Shown here piece after piece: positions 1 to 9,623 of a stretch of DNA of 59,403 nt; position 1 is the first letter of the stretch; the number at the start of each line of letters is the position of its first letter. The DNA is from Sandaracinobacter sp. (GTDB taxonomy: Bacteria > Pseudomonadota > Alphaproteobacteria > Sphingomonadales > Sphingomonadaceae). The translations under genes and the position numbers were made by a program. The stretch lies in contig JBGTBK010000224.1 in the NCBI GenBank assembly GCA_041749355.1, positions 1 through 59,403 of the forward strand, given 5' to 3'. The notes beneath the pieces are model-generated. The model was not told where the DNA came from and did no database searches. It saw nothing but the letters and a program-made list of their open reading frames with translations.

Positions 1-2
1 CC

Positions 3-737
3 GGCGCTGCCGTCGTCGATGCCGAACTGGTCCTGCTGGCCGTGCCGCTGGGGGCCTTTGCAGCCGTCGGCGCCGAGATCGCAGCTGACCTTGCGCCGGG
101 TGCCGTGGTGTCGGACGTCGGATCGGCCAAGCAGACGGTGCTGGACGCGCTGCTGCCGCTGATGCCTGAGGGCGTGCACCTGATTCCGGCCCATCCGGTG
201 GCTGGCACCGAAAAATCAGGCCCTGATGCCGGCTTTGCCTCCCTGTTCGATGGCCGCTGGTGCATCCTCACGCCGCCAGCTGGCGCCGATGAAGCGGCAA
301 CCGCCAGGGTCGCCGAATTCTGGACGCGCCTTGGGTCGAAGGTGGACGTTATGGACGCCCGCCACCACGACCTCGTGCTGGCCGTCACCAGCCATATCCC
401 GCACCTGATTGCCTATTCGATTGTCGGAACGGCTGCAGATCTCGAGGGTGTGACGCGGGGCGAGGTGATCAAATATTCGGCCGGCGGTTTCCGGGATTTC
501 ACCCGGATCGCAGCCTCGGACCCGACCATGTGGCGCGACGTCTTCCTTACCAACAAGGACGCCGTGCTCGAGGTGCTCGGTCGGGTGAGCGAGGACCTCG
601 CCGCCCTGCAACGCGCTATCCGCTGGGGCGAGGGCGACACGCTGTTCCAGCGCTTCAGCCAGTCGCGCGATATCCGCCGCGCCATCATCGAGGCAGGGCA
701 GGACACCGCAGAGCCGGACTTTGGCCGACACTCCTAG
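3..737 (+). CDS. tyrA: Prephenate/arogenate (cyclohexadienyl) dehydrogenase, 5'-truncated by the window edge
   Basis: Frame is open from base 3. Motifs DVGSAK, HPVAGTEKSG, HDLVLAVTSHIPHL and GGFRDFTRIA...DPTMWRD are typical of TyrA. Confidence 0.93.
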   Translation, partial: GAAVVDAELVLLAVPLGAFAAVGAEIAADLAPGAVVSDVGSAKQTVLDALLPLMPEGVHLIPAHPVAGTEKSGPDAGFASLFDGRWCILTPPAGADEAATARVAEFWTRLGSKVDVMDARHHDLVLAVTSHIPHLIAYSIVGTAADLEGVTRGEVIKYSAGGFRDFTRIAASDPTMWRDVFLTNKDAVLEVLGRVSEDLAALQRAIRWGEGDTLFQRFSQSRDIRRAIIEAGQDTAEPDFGRHS

Positions 738-744
738 CCTTCGC

Positions 745-1299
745 TCAGTCGCCCGGCTGCGGAAGGTCTTCTTCGGTTCGCGCGTTCAGGATCGCCCGGG
801 CGAGCGCCTGCGGATGGCCGGCCCGCGCCATTGCGCCCATCTGGCGGTTGCGGGCCTTGGCATCGGCGATCGGCGGTCCGAAAGGCCCAAGGCGCTTGCG
901 GCGTGCGAAATCCAGGGCAGCTGCAAGCGCATCATGGCCTTCCAGAGCCGCACTGCTGGTGTCGCGGTCAATTCCATAGGCCGAGAGCGAAGCGCGAACC
1001 CGCCCTGCCCCCATGCCCCGACGGGTGAGGCCGCGCGTCCGGGCCTCGGCAAAGGCGGTGTCATTCACATATCCGAGCTCGACCATCCGGTCGGCGATTG
1101 CGGCAAGGTCCGGCGGGGACAGGCCCTCTTGCCACCCGCGCTGACGCAGCTTCTGCTGCAGCAGGCGCAACAGGCGGGCCCGGCTGGTCTGGAAGCGCTC
1201 CACATAGCGCACGGCGATCGCACTTAGCGTCGCCGGGTCGAGCGGAGGCGGTGGTTTGCGGGGCGTACGGGCGCGTCGGCCGGGTTGGTCCTTCTCCAT
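745..1299 (-). CDS. recX: RecX family regulatory protein
   Basis: C-terminal part of ORF 745..2193, starting at ATG 1299 (MEKDQP...). Contains AVRYVERFQTS, LGYVNDTAFA, ARRKRLGPF and MARAGH, typical of alphaproteobacterial RecX. Confidence 0.85.
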   Translation of the reverse strand: MEKDQPGRRARTPRKPPPPLDPATLSAIAVRYVERFQTSRARLLRLLQQKLRQRGWQEGLSPPDLAAIADRMVELGYVNDTAFAEARTRGLTRRGMGAGRVRASLSAYGIDRDTSSAALEGHDALAAALDFARRKRLGPFGPPIADAKARNRQMGAMARAGHPQALARAILNARTEEDLPQPGD

Positions 1300-1482
1300 C
1301 TGCCACCTTGCTGCCACAGTTCGGGCCTCTTTTGAACCAGCATGGACTGCAAAGGCGTGAACCATGCTGAGGTTAACTGTACCGAAGAGACAAGCCGAAG
1401 CGCCAGATGCGGCGCCCGTTTCCCGGGTGCCGAATTGTGGTTTCATCCAAGGGTACGCACCTTGCCTGAAGGTAGTTCGGAA

Positions 1483-3258
1483 ATGATCGTCGATGCCCCC
1501 ATCGAGACACAAGCAGCAGCCGGCCTGACGCCGACTCCGCTGCTGTCGGGAATTCCGTTCGTGTCCGGCCGCTACGAGACGCTCACCGAAGCGCTCGATT
1601 ATGCAGCGACCGGTGCGACCGGGTTCAATTTCTACGATGCGCGCGCCAACCTGGTGCGGGTTCTCCCCTTTGCCGAACTCGCAGCCGATGCCCGGCAGGA
1701 TGCGCTTCGCCTGATCGCCCATGGCGTGAAGCCGGGCGACCGCGTTGCGCTGATTGCGGAAACCAGCGCCGAATTCGCTGCCGCCTTCTTTGCAGCCCTC
1801 TATGCCGGCGTCCTGCCTGTTCCGCTGCCGCTCCCCACCTCGTTCGGCGGGCGCCAGGCCTATGTCGAACAGATCCGCGTCCAGCTGAGCAGCTGCGACC
1901 CCGTGATTGTGCTGGGACCGGACAGCCTGAAGCCGCTGTTCGCCGAAGCTGCCGACCAGCTGGCGCCAGCGCTTGGCTGGACGGAGTTCGCAAGCCTTCC
2001 GGCAACTCCGGCGGTCCTGCCCCCGGCAGACCCCTATGCAATTGCCTATCTGCAATATTCCAGCGGCTCCACCCGCTTCCCGCACGGCGTCGCAGTTACC
2101 CACCGAGCCGTGATGGCGAACCTGGCGGGCCATGCCCACAGCATGCAGATCGCGCCCGGCGACCGCGGCGTGTCGTGGCTGCCCTGGTACCACGACATGG
2201 GCCTCGTCGGCACATTCCTCTCGCCGATGGCGGTGCAGATGTCGGTCGACTTCCTTGCGACCGACGATTTTGCCCGCCGTCCGCTGTCGTGGCTTACCCT
2301 CATCAGCCGGAACGAGGGCAACAGCCTCTCCTACTCGCCGACCTTCGGTTACGACATCTGCGCCCGCCGGGTTTCCACCCAGACCGATGTTGCCGGCCGG
2401 TTCGACCTGTCGCGCTGGAAGATCGCTGGAAACGGGGCCGACATGATCCGGCCCGACATCTGCCAGGCCTTTGTCGATGCCTTTGCCCCGGCAGGCTTCC
2501 GCGCCGAAGCCTTCACGCCCAGCTATGGCCTAGCAGAGGCGACGCTTGCCGTTTCGGTGGCACCTTTCGGGCAGGGCATCGTCTGCGACCTAATCGACGA
2601 GAAAAGGCTTGCCGGCGAAGGCTTTGCCGATGGACCTTCAGATCCCACCAAGCCCGTTCGGTATCGCGCCATCGTCGATTGCGGCGTCGCCCTTCCGGGC
2701 CTGACCATCGAGATTCGCGACAGTTCCGGCAAGGTGCTGGGCGACCGCCAGATCGGCCGGGTGCTGGTGAAGGGCCTGGGGCTGATGGAAGGCTATTTCC
2801 GCGATCCGGAGGCGACAGCTGCCTGCCTGTCGGCTGACGGCTGGCTCGACACCGGTGACATGGGTTACCTGGTCGGCGGCCACATCTTCATCGTGGGCCG
2901 CGCCAAGGACATGATCATCCTGAACGGCAAGAACCACTGGCCGCAGGACATCGAGTGGGCAATCGAGCAGCTCGAAGGCTTCAAGGCCGGCGACATCGCC
3001 GCCTTCTCTATCACAACGCCCCAGGGCGAGGAGGCGCCGGCCGTTCTGGTGCAGTGCCGGACGACCGACACCGACGAGCGCGCCCGCCTGAAGGACGCGA
3101 TCCGCCAGAAGGTTCGGGCCATCACCGGCATGAACTGCGTGGTGGAACTGGTGCCGCCGCGGACCTTGCCGCGCACGTCATCGGGCAAGCTCAGCCGGGT
3201 GAAGGCCCGCCAGCTCTATCTGGCCGGCGAGATCGTGCCCTTCGAGGTTGCGGCCTAG
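1483..3258 (+). CDS. Fatty acyl-AMP ligase (FAAL)
   Basis: Adenylation motifs YLQYSSGSTRFPHG, SWLPWYHDMGL, YGLAEATL, DTGDMG and LPRTSSGK. Start placed at ATG 1483. Confidence 0.88.
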   Translation: MIVDAPIETQAAAGLTPTPLLSGIPFVSGRYETLTEALDYAATGATGFNFYDARANLVRVLPFAELAADARQDALRLIAHGVKPGDRVALIAETSAEFAAAFFAALYAGVLPVPLPLPTSFGGRQAYVEQIRVQLSSCDPVIVLGPDSLKPLFAEAADQLAPALGWTEFASLPATPAVLPPADPYAIAYLQYSSGSTRFPHGVAVTHRAVMANLAGHAHSMQIAPGDRGVSWLPWYHDMGLVGTFLSPMAVQMSVDFLATDDFARRPLSWLTLISRNEGNSLSYSPTFGYDICARRVSTQTDVAGRFDLSRWKIAGNGADMIRPDICQAFVDAFAPAGFRAEAFTPSYGLAEATLAVSVAPFGQGIVCDLIDEKRLAGEGFADGPSDPTKPVRYRAIVDCGVALPGLTIEIRDSSGKVLGDRQIGRVLVKGLGLMEGYFRDPEATAACLSADGWLDTGDMGYLVGGHIFIVGRAKDMIILNGKNHWPQDIEWAIEQLEGFKAGDIAAFSITTPQGEEAPAVLVQCRTTDTDERARLKDAIRQKVRAITGMNCVVELVPPRTLPRTSSGKLSRVKARQLYLAGEIVPFEVAA

Positions 3259-4037
3259 CCCGCCACCAGCCTCAGGCGCTGCTTGAAGAAGCCGATCGTG
3301 CGCGACTCGGCGTCCTTGCCGGGGCCGCTTTCGGGCAGGTGGATCGTCAGCACGGAATGGGGGTCGAAACCCGTTCCTTGCCGGGCATGGGCATCCTCCA
3401 GCTCGATTGCCTCGAACCGGTCGCCCAGCTCCTGCGCGTAGCGGGCAAAGCGGGCGTCGGGCACCAGCTTGTCGCTGCGAAAGCGCAGGCCAAGCACAGT
3501 CAGGTCCTCGCGCTGGAGCCGATCGCGCACGCAGGCAAGGTCAGCCGGTGACGTGTCGATCTCGCCGGCCTGCGATTTGCGCAACGGAAGCGAGGGCTGC
3601 GACAGGACCGGCGCCACGACCGAGGGGTCGGTCGCCATGGCCAGCGCAAAGCCCCCGGTAAAGCACATGCCCACTGCGCCGACCCCGGGGCCGCCGCATT
3701 CGGCGTGGGCGTGCCGTGCCAGCGCGCGTAGCCAATCGACAAAAGGGCTGGTCCGGCCGCCGGTCCAGATCGCGAACTCGCGGCGGATGCAGATGACCTT
3801 CAGGATGGTGCCAAGCGCATAACCCTTGCTGAGCGGACGGCCCGGGGTCCCGAACAGGCTGGGCAGGAAGACCGTGAAGCCGGCCTCCACCAGGCGGTCG
3901 GCAAAGGCGACCACCAGCGGGTGAAGCCCCGGAATTTCGTGGATCACGATGACGGCCGGGCCTGTCCCGCGCCGATAGACGGGGCGGGTCCAGGGGGCGG
4001 AGGTGAAATCCGAAACGGCGTAGTTGGACAATGGCAT
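3255..4037 (-). CDS. Dienelactone hydrolase family protein
   Basis: HEIPG, nucleophile motif GMCFTGG and C-terminal HSVLT. Start placed at ATG 4037 (4058 is an alternative). Confidence 0.82.
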   Translation of the reverse strand: MPLSNYAVSDFTSAPWTRPVYRRGTGPAVIVIHEIPGLHPLVVAFADRLVEAGFTVFLPSLFGTPGRPLSKGYALGTILKVICIRREFAIWTGGRTSPFVDWLRALARHAHAECGGPGVGAVGMCFTGGFALAMATDPSVVAPVLSQPSLPLRKSQAGEIDTSPADLACVRDRLQREDLTVLGLRFRSDKLVPDARFARYAQELGDRFEAIELEDAHARQGTGFDPHSVLTIHLPESGPGKDAESRTIGFFKQRLRLVAG

Positions 4038-4117
4038 GCCGGAATCCTCGGGCCGCATCGCTCTGGTGTCAACCTGCCTCCTTTGCGCGCAGCGCAGGGG
4101 GCGGCTAGGGCAAGGCG

Positions 4118-5023
4118 ATGACGCCAGACGCAATTGCCACCTGGGTTGACCGACTGCCACCGCGCGCGGCCCTCTACGCGCGTCTTGCCCGGTTCGACCG
4201 GCCGGCCGGTGTCTGGCTGCTGTTCTGGCCCTGCCTGATGGGCGCCTTCCTTGCCCCGGTCGAAGGCTGGTGGCCGCTGTGGCCGCTATTCCTGGTGGGC
4301 GCTGTCGCAATGCGGGCAGCCGGCTGCGTGTACAACGACATCATCGACCGTGACCTTGACGCAAAGGTAAGCCGGACAGCGGCGCGGCCGATTGCGAGCG
4401 GTGCGATCCCTGTTCGCAGCGCCTGGATCTTCCTCGTCGCGCTTTCGCTTGTCGGGCTGGGCGTGCTTCTGGCCCTGCCCTTGCAGGCCCGGATGGTGGC
4501 ACTCGGCTCGCTCGGGCTGGTTGCGGCCTACCCCTTCATGAAGCGCATCACCTGGTGGCCGCAGGCCTGGCTTGGCCTGACCTTCAATTGGGGCGTGCCG
4601 GTCGGCTGGGCGGCGGCAGACCCTGCGCTCAGGGCCGACCTGCCCGTCATGCTGCTGGTTTATGCCGCCTGCATTGCCTGGACGCTGGGCTATGACAGCA
4701 TCTACGCCGCGCAGGACGTCGAGGACGATGCGCTGGCCGGCGTGAAATCCTCGGCGCGCGCGCTGGGGCCGCGCCTCAGGGCCGGAGTTGCAGGCTTCTA
4801 CCTTCTGACGATTGCCCTGCTCGGCATGGCGCTGTGGCGCTGGACCGGCGAAGCACTGCTTCTGGCAGGTCTCGTTCCGCCGGCCCTGCATCTGGGGATG
4901 CAGGTCGCGCGCTTCGATCCGGCCGACACAGGCTCGGCGCTCAGGCAATTCCGGGCCAACCAATGGACCGGCGCGCTGCTGGTGCTGCCCATCGTCCTTG
5001 CCGCGCTCTGGCCCACCGCCTAA
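4118..5023 (+). CDS. ubiA: 4-hydroxybenzoate polyprenyltransferase
   Basis: GCVYNDIIDRDLD...RTAARP and YDSIYAAQDVEDD motifs; multiple hydrophobic segments. Confidence 0.93.
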   Translation: MTPDAIATWVDRLPPRAALYARLARFDRPAGVWLLFWPCLMGAFLAPVEGWWPLWPLFLVGAVAMRAAGCVYNDIIDRDLDAKVSRTAARPIASGAIPVRSAWIFLVALSLVGLGVLLALPLQARMVALGSLGLVAAYPFMKRITWWPQAWLGLTFNWGVPVGWAAADPALRADLPVMLLVYAACIAWTLGYDSIYAAQDVEDDALAGVKSSARALGPRLRAGVAGFYLLTIALLGMALWRWTGEALLLAGLVPPALHLGMQVARFDPADTGSALRQFRANQWTGALLVLPIVLAALWPTA

Positions 5024-5033
5024 GTCCTTTTGC

Positions 5034-6386
5034 ATGCTGACCCCTGATGCCGCGCTCGAGCGCCTCGACCACCTGCTCTCCCGCGCCAAGGCGGCCGGGG
5101 CCGATGCGGCCGATGCCGTCTATTTCGGCGAATCGTCGCTCGGGATCGGGGTTCGCCTGGGCGCGCTGGAGGACATCGGCCGCTCGGAGGGCGAGGAAAT
5201 CGGGCTGCGCCTGTTCCTCGGCGCCCGTTCGGCCCAGGTTTCGGTGTCCGACCTGTCGGCAACCGCCCTCGACGAAGCCGTTTCGCGCGCAATCGCGATG
5301 GCACGCGAGGCTACCGAGGACAGGTTCGCCGGACTGGCACCCGAAGAGTTGCTGGCGCGCGGCGGTTTCGCGGATTTCGACCTGTTCGACGCAGCAGCCG
5401 AAAGCCTCTCCCCTGAACGGCTGAAGGAGATCGCGCTGGAAGCCGAGGATGCCGCCCGCGCGGTCACTGGCATCAGCAACAGCGAAGGCGGCTCGGCCAG
5501 CGCCGGGCTCAGCGTTTCGGCGCTGGCCACCTCGCACGGCTTTCGCGGTGCAGCCCGGGGCACCTCGGTCTCCACTTCGGCCGTCGTGATTGCGGGCGAA
5601 GGGGCCGACAAGCAGCGCGATTATGAGTGGCACCAGGCCCGGCATCTAGCCGACCTGGAAGCCCCCGACGATGTCGGCCGCCGCGCCGGCGAACGAACGG
5701 TCGCCCGGATGAACCCCGGCAAGGCACCGACCGGGCCGATGCCGGTGGTCTTTTCGCCGCGCGTGTCGGCCAGCATCATCGGCCACCTGCTCGGCGCGAT
5801 CGGCGGCAGCGCAATCGCCCGCAAGACCAGCTTCGTGCTGGGCCACGAGGACAAGCCGCTGTTCTTGGACAAGATCACGATCCGCGACAATCCCCATCTG
5901 GTCCGCGGGCTCAGGTCCCGGGCTTTCGACGGAGAGGGCCTGCCGACAAACCCGCGCGCAATCGTCGACCGGGGGATGCTGACAGGCTGGCTGGTGGAGA
6001 GCGCCGCAGGCCGGCAGCTTGGCCTGAAGCCGACTGGCCATGCCAGCCGGGGCAGCAGCGGAACACCGGGAGTCTCGACCTCGAATCTCTGGCTGGAGCC
6101 GGGTTCCATCGGCCCTGAAGAGCTTATGTCCGACATCAAGGATGGCCTCTATGTCGATGAACTCATTGGCATGGGGGTTAACATGCTGACCGGGGATTAC
6201 AGCCGCGGCGCGGGCGGCTTCCGCATTCGCGATGGCCGCCTGGCAGAGCCCCTTACGGAAGCCACGATCGCAGGTCACCTGCTGGAGATGTTCCGCGTCA
6301 TGGTGCCGGCGAACGACCTCGCCTTCCGCCACGCCACCAATGCGCCAACGATCCGGATCGACGGGATGACGGTCGCCGGCCAGTAG
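5034..6386 (+). CDS. pmbA: TldD/PmbA family protein (PmbA/TldE-like)
   Basis: FDGEG and GVNMLTGDYSRGA motifs, C-terminal APTIRIDGMTVAG. ATG at 5034. Confidence 0.88.
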   Translation: MLTPDAALERLDHLLSRAKAAGADAADAVYFGESSLGIGVRLGALEDIGRSEGEEIGLRLFLGARSAQVSVSDLSATALDEAVSRAIAMAREATEDRFAGLAPEELLARGGFADFDLFDAAAESLSPERLKEIALEAEDAARAVTGISNSEGGSASAGLSVSALATSHGFRGAARGTSVSTSAVVIAGEGADKQRDYEWHQARHLADLEAPDDVGRRAGERTVARMNPGKAPTGPMPVVFSPRVSASIIGHLLGAIGGSAIARKTSFVLGHEDKPLFLDKITIRDNPHLVRGLRSRAFDGEGLPTNPRAIVDRGMLTGWLVESAAGRQLGLKPTGHASRGSSGTPGVSTSNLWLEPGSIGPEELMSDIKDGLYVDELIGMGVNMLTGDYSRGAGGFRIRDGRLAEPLTEATIAGHLLEMFRVMVPANDLAFRHATNAPTIRIDGMTVAGQ

Positions 6387-6391
6387 CCCGG

Positions 6392-7411
6392 CTAGAGCCC
6401 AAGCGCCTCTGCCACCTGTTCCGCAACCGAATCGAGCCCGGTCGCAACCGCGCCGGCAGTCAGCGGCGCGCCTCTGTCGGACGCAGCTACCACCGCAGGT
6501 TCCAGTGGCAGCTCAGCCAGGATCCTGGCTCCGATTCCGGCCTCGCCATCAACCTCGCCGAAGGGGTGCAGAAGCGTACCATCGGGCGTCAGCAGCCCGG
6601 CCATGTTCAGAACAGCGCCCAGCACCGGCACCTGCAACTGCTCGAAAAAGGCAACCGCCCGCCGGGCATCGGCCCGGGCCAGCACCTGCGGCGTCGTGAC
6701 CACCAGCGCCGCCGAGGGCTTCAGCTTCTGCGCGAACGAAAGATGCACGTCGCCGGTCCCGGGCGGCAGATCGACCACCAGGACATCCAGCTCGCCCCAA
6801 TCGGCAACGGTTGCCATCTGCACCATCGCGCCGGCCACCATTGGCCCGCGCCAGGCGACAGCCTTGTCCGGATCGGCCATCACGCCCATCCCCAGCATTT
6901 TCAGACCATGCGCGTCGATTGGAACCAGTCGCTTCTCGGCGGTCGCAGTGGCTCGGGTCCGCACACCCAGCAGGATGTGCACCGACGGCCCCTGGATGTC
7001 GCCATCGAGGATGCCGACCTTCAGCCCGCGGCGAAGCAGCGCAAGGGCAAGGCCGACGGCGATCGTCGACTTGCCCACCCCGCCCTTTCCGGCGCCCACA
7101 CCCAGAATGTGTCGGACACCGGGAATCGCACTGGTTGAACCACCCCCATGGTCGGCCTCGGATGCCCCTCGCTCGGCAGTCTGGATCACCCGCACCGAAG
7201 CAAAGCCTGCTTCGCGCAAGTTGCGGGAAACCAAGGCCTCCAACGCCTGCGCCGCAGCACGGGCAAGGTCGTCGACGGCCATCACCATGCCGACGACTCC
7301 ATCCTCCTTTACGACAAGGCCGGAAACCCGTCCGCTTTCCAGCACGCTCCCCGGACGCACCGGGTCGGGAATCCCCGCCAGAACTGACTCTGCGACATTG
7401 CGGCCCGGCAT
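6392..7411 (-). CDS. mrp: Mrp/NBP35 (ApbC-like) ATP-binding protein
   Basis: GKGGVGKST Walker [15 protein letters not shown] and [11 protein letters not shown] at 7411, divergent from hflK. Confidence 0.88.
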   Translation of the reverse strand: MPGRNVAESVLAGIPDPVRPGSVLESGRVSGLVVKEDGVVGMVMAVDDLARAAAQALEALVSRNLREAGFASVRVIQTAERGASEADHGGGSTSAIPGVRHILGVGAGKGGVGKSTIAVGLALALLRRGLKVGILDGDIQGPSVHILLGVRTRATATAEKRLVPIDAHGLKMLGMGVMADPDKAVAWRGPMVAGAMVQMATVADWGELDVLVVDLPPGTGDVHLSFAQKLKPSAALVVTTPQVLARADARRAVAFFEQLQVPVLGAVLNMAGLLTPDGTLLHPFGEVDGEAGIGARILAELPLEPAVVAASDRGAPLTAGAVATGLDSVAEQVAEALGL

Positions 7412-7419
7412 TCTCGCCC

Positions 7420-7449
7420 CTCGCTTTCCGAATGCCCTGCCCCTATATC
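7420..7449 (+). promoter_or_regulatory. Possible RpoH (sigma32)-type promoter for hflKC
   Basis: CCTATATC at 7442-7449 resembles the alphaproteobacterial RpoH -10 element, about 50 bp upstream of hflK. The -35 match is weak (CTCG, 18-bp spacer). Confidence 0.35.
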
Positions 7450-7498
7450 CCCGGAACGAGTGCTGCAATGCAGACAGCGAGGGGACGGAAAGGCCTAC

Positions 7499-8665
7499 AT
7501 GCCCTGGCAGAACAATGAGAATGGTGACGGTTCGGACGGCAACGGTTCGAACGGACGGGGCGAAGGCCGCAGAAACCCCTGGGGTGGCCTTGGTGGTGTC
7601 GGCGGAGGCTCCGGCAAGGACGCCCCGCGCGGCGGACCCAAGAGCCCATGGGGCGATGCGCCGCGCCCGCGCGGCCCCAACGAAGACCGGCCACGTGCTG
7701 GCGGAACCCCTGATTTCGACGAGTTCATCCGGCGCAGCCAGGAACGGCTTCGCGGGCTTGGCGGTGGTCAAGGTGGCGGCGGCGGTCGCGGCACTGGCCG
7801 TTCGGGCCCGAACATCCCCTGGGGCCTTATTGCCGGCGGGCTCTCCCTCGTTCTGCTGGCGTCGACTTCGGCGTTCCAGGTCGGCGCTGGCGAGCGCGGC
7901 GTCATCACCCGCTTTGGCCAGTATCACAGCACAGCCAACCCGGGCTTTCACTTCAAGTTGCCGGCCCCGATCGACCAGGTCACCAAGGTCGACTTCGAGA
8001 ATATCCGCACCACCCCGATCGGCACCGCCGAGGGAGAGGCGGAAAATCTGATGATCACCGGCGACCAGAATATCATCAACATCGCCTATGCGGTGCGCTG
8101 GCGGTTGCGGAACGCCGAGGACTTCCTGTTCCAGATCGCCGACCCGCAAGGAACCGTGCGCGACGCAACCGAGAGCGCCATGCGCGAGATCGTCGGCCGC
8201 TCGACCCTGAACAATGCGATCGGCCCCGAGCGGGCCGCAATTGCGGAACAGGTGCGCGAACGGGTCCAGGAGATCCTCGACAACTATGGCGCCGGTATCC
8301 TGGTGCAGGGTGTCGACATCAACAAGGCCGACCCGCCGGCCGCAGTCGACGAGGCCTTCAAGGACGTGTCGGCAGCCCAGCAGGATGCCCAGCAGTTCCT
8401 GAACCAGGCCCGCGCCTATGCCCAGCAGGTGCAGGCTCAGGCAGCGGGTGCCACCGCTGCCTTCGACAAGGTGTTCGAACAATATCGTCTGGCGCCCGAA
8501 GTGACGCGCAAGCGCATGTATCTGGAAACAATGGAAACCGTTCTTGGAAAGGTCGACACGACCGTGATCGAGACCCCGGGCGTGCAGACCTATCTGCCGC
8601 TTCCCGAAGTGCAACGGCGCGCTCAGGCCAATGCTGCTGCCCGGGCTGCGGAGACGCAACAATGA
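7499..8665 (+). CDS. hflK: FtsH protease modulator HflK
   Basis: MPW...NPWG Gly-rich N-terminus, TM segment, SPFH domain (MITGDQNII), [15 protein letters not shown]. Confidence 0.93.
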   Translation: MPWQNNENGDGSDGNGSNGRGEGRRNPWGGLGGVGGGSGKDAPRGGPKSPWGDAPRPRGPNEDRPRAGGTPDFDEFIRRSQERLRGLGGGQGGGGGRGTGRSGPNIPWGLIAGGLSLVLLASTSAFQVGAGERGVITRFGQYHSTANPGFHFKLPAPIDQVTKVDFENIRTTPIGTAEGEAENLMITGDQNIINIAYAVRWRLRNAEDFLFQIADPQGTVRDATESAMREIVGRSTLNNAIGPERAAIAEQVRERVQEILDNYGAGILVQGVDINKADPPAAVDEAFKDVSAAQQDAQQFLNQARAYAQQVQAQAAGATAAFDKVFEQYRLAPEVTRKRMYLETMETVLGKVDTTVIETPGVQTYLPLPEVQRRAQANAAARAAETQQ

Positions 8666-9504
8666 TCCTGACCCAGCGCAACCTCACGATCGGCGGCATC
8701 GCGCTCGGCGCCCTTGCCTTCCTGCTCGCGACCTCGGTCGTGCGCGTGCCCGAAGACCAGCAGGCCATCATCCTGCAGCTCGGCCGCCCTGTGTCGACTG
8801 TGAACACCTATCAGCCGAACCAGCGCTTCGGCGAGACCGGCGCCGGGCTCGTTCTGAAGACCCCCTTCGTCCAGAATGCGGTCTTCGTTGACAAACGGGT
8901 CATCTCGCTCGACATCCCGCCGCAGACGGTGCTGTCGACCGACCAGCTGCGGCTGGTGGTCGATGCCTATGCGCGGCTGCGGATTGTTGATCCGGTGAAG
9001 ATGTTCCAGACGGTGCGCACCGAAGAGCGGCTGCAGGAGGAACTGGGGCGGATCTTCTCGTCGCGGATCCGCAACGAGCTCGGCAAGCAGCGATTCGACG
9101 CCATGCTGTCGCCGGAGCGGGGCCAGTCGATGGAGTCGATCCAGCAGGCAGTGAACCGCTCGGCTCTCGCCTATGGCGCGGAAATCATCGACGTGCGGAT
9201 CAAGCGCGCCGACCTGCCCACGGGCACCCCGCTGGAAGCTGCCTTCGAACGGATGCGCACCGCTCGCCAGCAGGAGGCGCTGACCATCCGCGCCCAGGGC
9301 GCGCGGGATGCACAGATCATCCGGGCCGAGGCTGACGCACAAGCGGCGCGGGTCTATGCCGAAAGCTTCGGCAAGGACCCTCAGTTCTACGCCTTCTATC
9401 GCTCGATGGAGGCCTATCGGAAGAGCTTTGCTGCCGGAAACGCCAATGTGGTGCTGAGCCCGAGCAACGAGTTCCTGCAGGAGTTCCAGGGAAGGCGCCG
9501 GTGA
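8662..9504 (+). CDS. hflC: FtsH protease modulator HflC
   Basis: ATGA overlap with hflK; SPFH domain, [21 protein letters not shown]. Confidence 0.93.
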   Translation: MILTQRNLTIGGIALGALAFLLATSVVRVPEDQQAIILQLGRPVSTVNTYQPNQRFGETGAGLVLKTPFVQNAVFVDKRVISLDIPPQTVLSTDQLRLVVDAYARLRIVDPVKMFQTVRTEERLQEELGRIFSSRIRNELGKQRFDAMLSPERGQSMESIQQAVNRSALAYGAEIIDVRIKRADLPTGTPLEAAFERMRTARQQEALTIRAQGARDAQIIRAEADAQAARVYAESFGKDPQFYAFYRSMEAYRKSFAAGNANVVLSPSNEFLQEFQGRRR

Positions 9505-9623
9505 TTTCACCGGCCCATCCCGGGGCGAACGGCTGACCGTTGAATCTGAACCGTTCAGCGAGGATTAAATCGGCGGGCCTGTAAAGGCGGACGACAACAG
9601 GATCCCTTTTTCGGAGACCGATA

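Noticed and set aside
1300-2193. Apparent long N-terminal extension of RecX (482-aa ORF)
   Set aside because: The extension overlaps the FAAL gene on the opposite strand; RecX similarity begins near ATG 1299.
7412-8662. Apparent 756-aa Mrp fusion
   Set aside because: The upstream part is antisense to hflK; Mrp starts at 7411.
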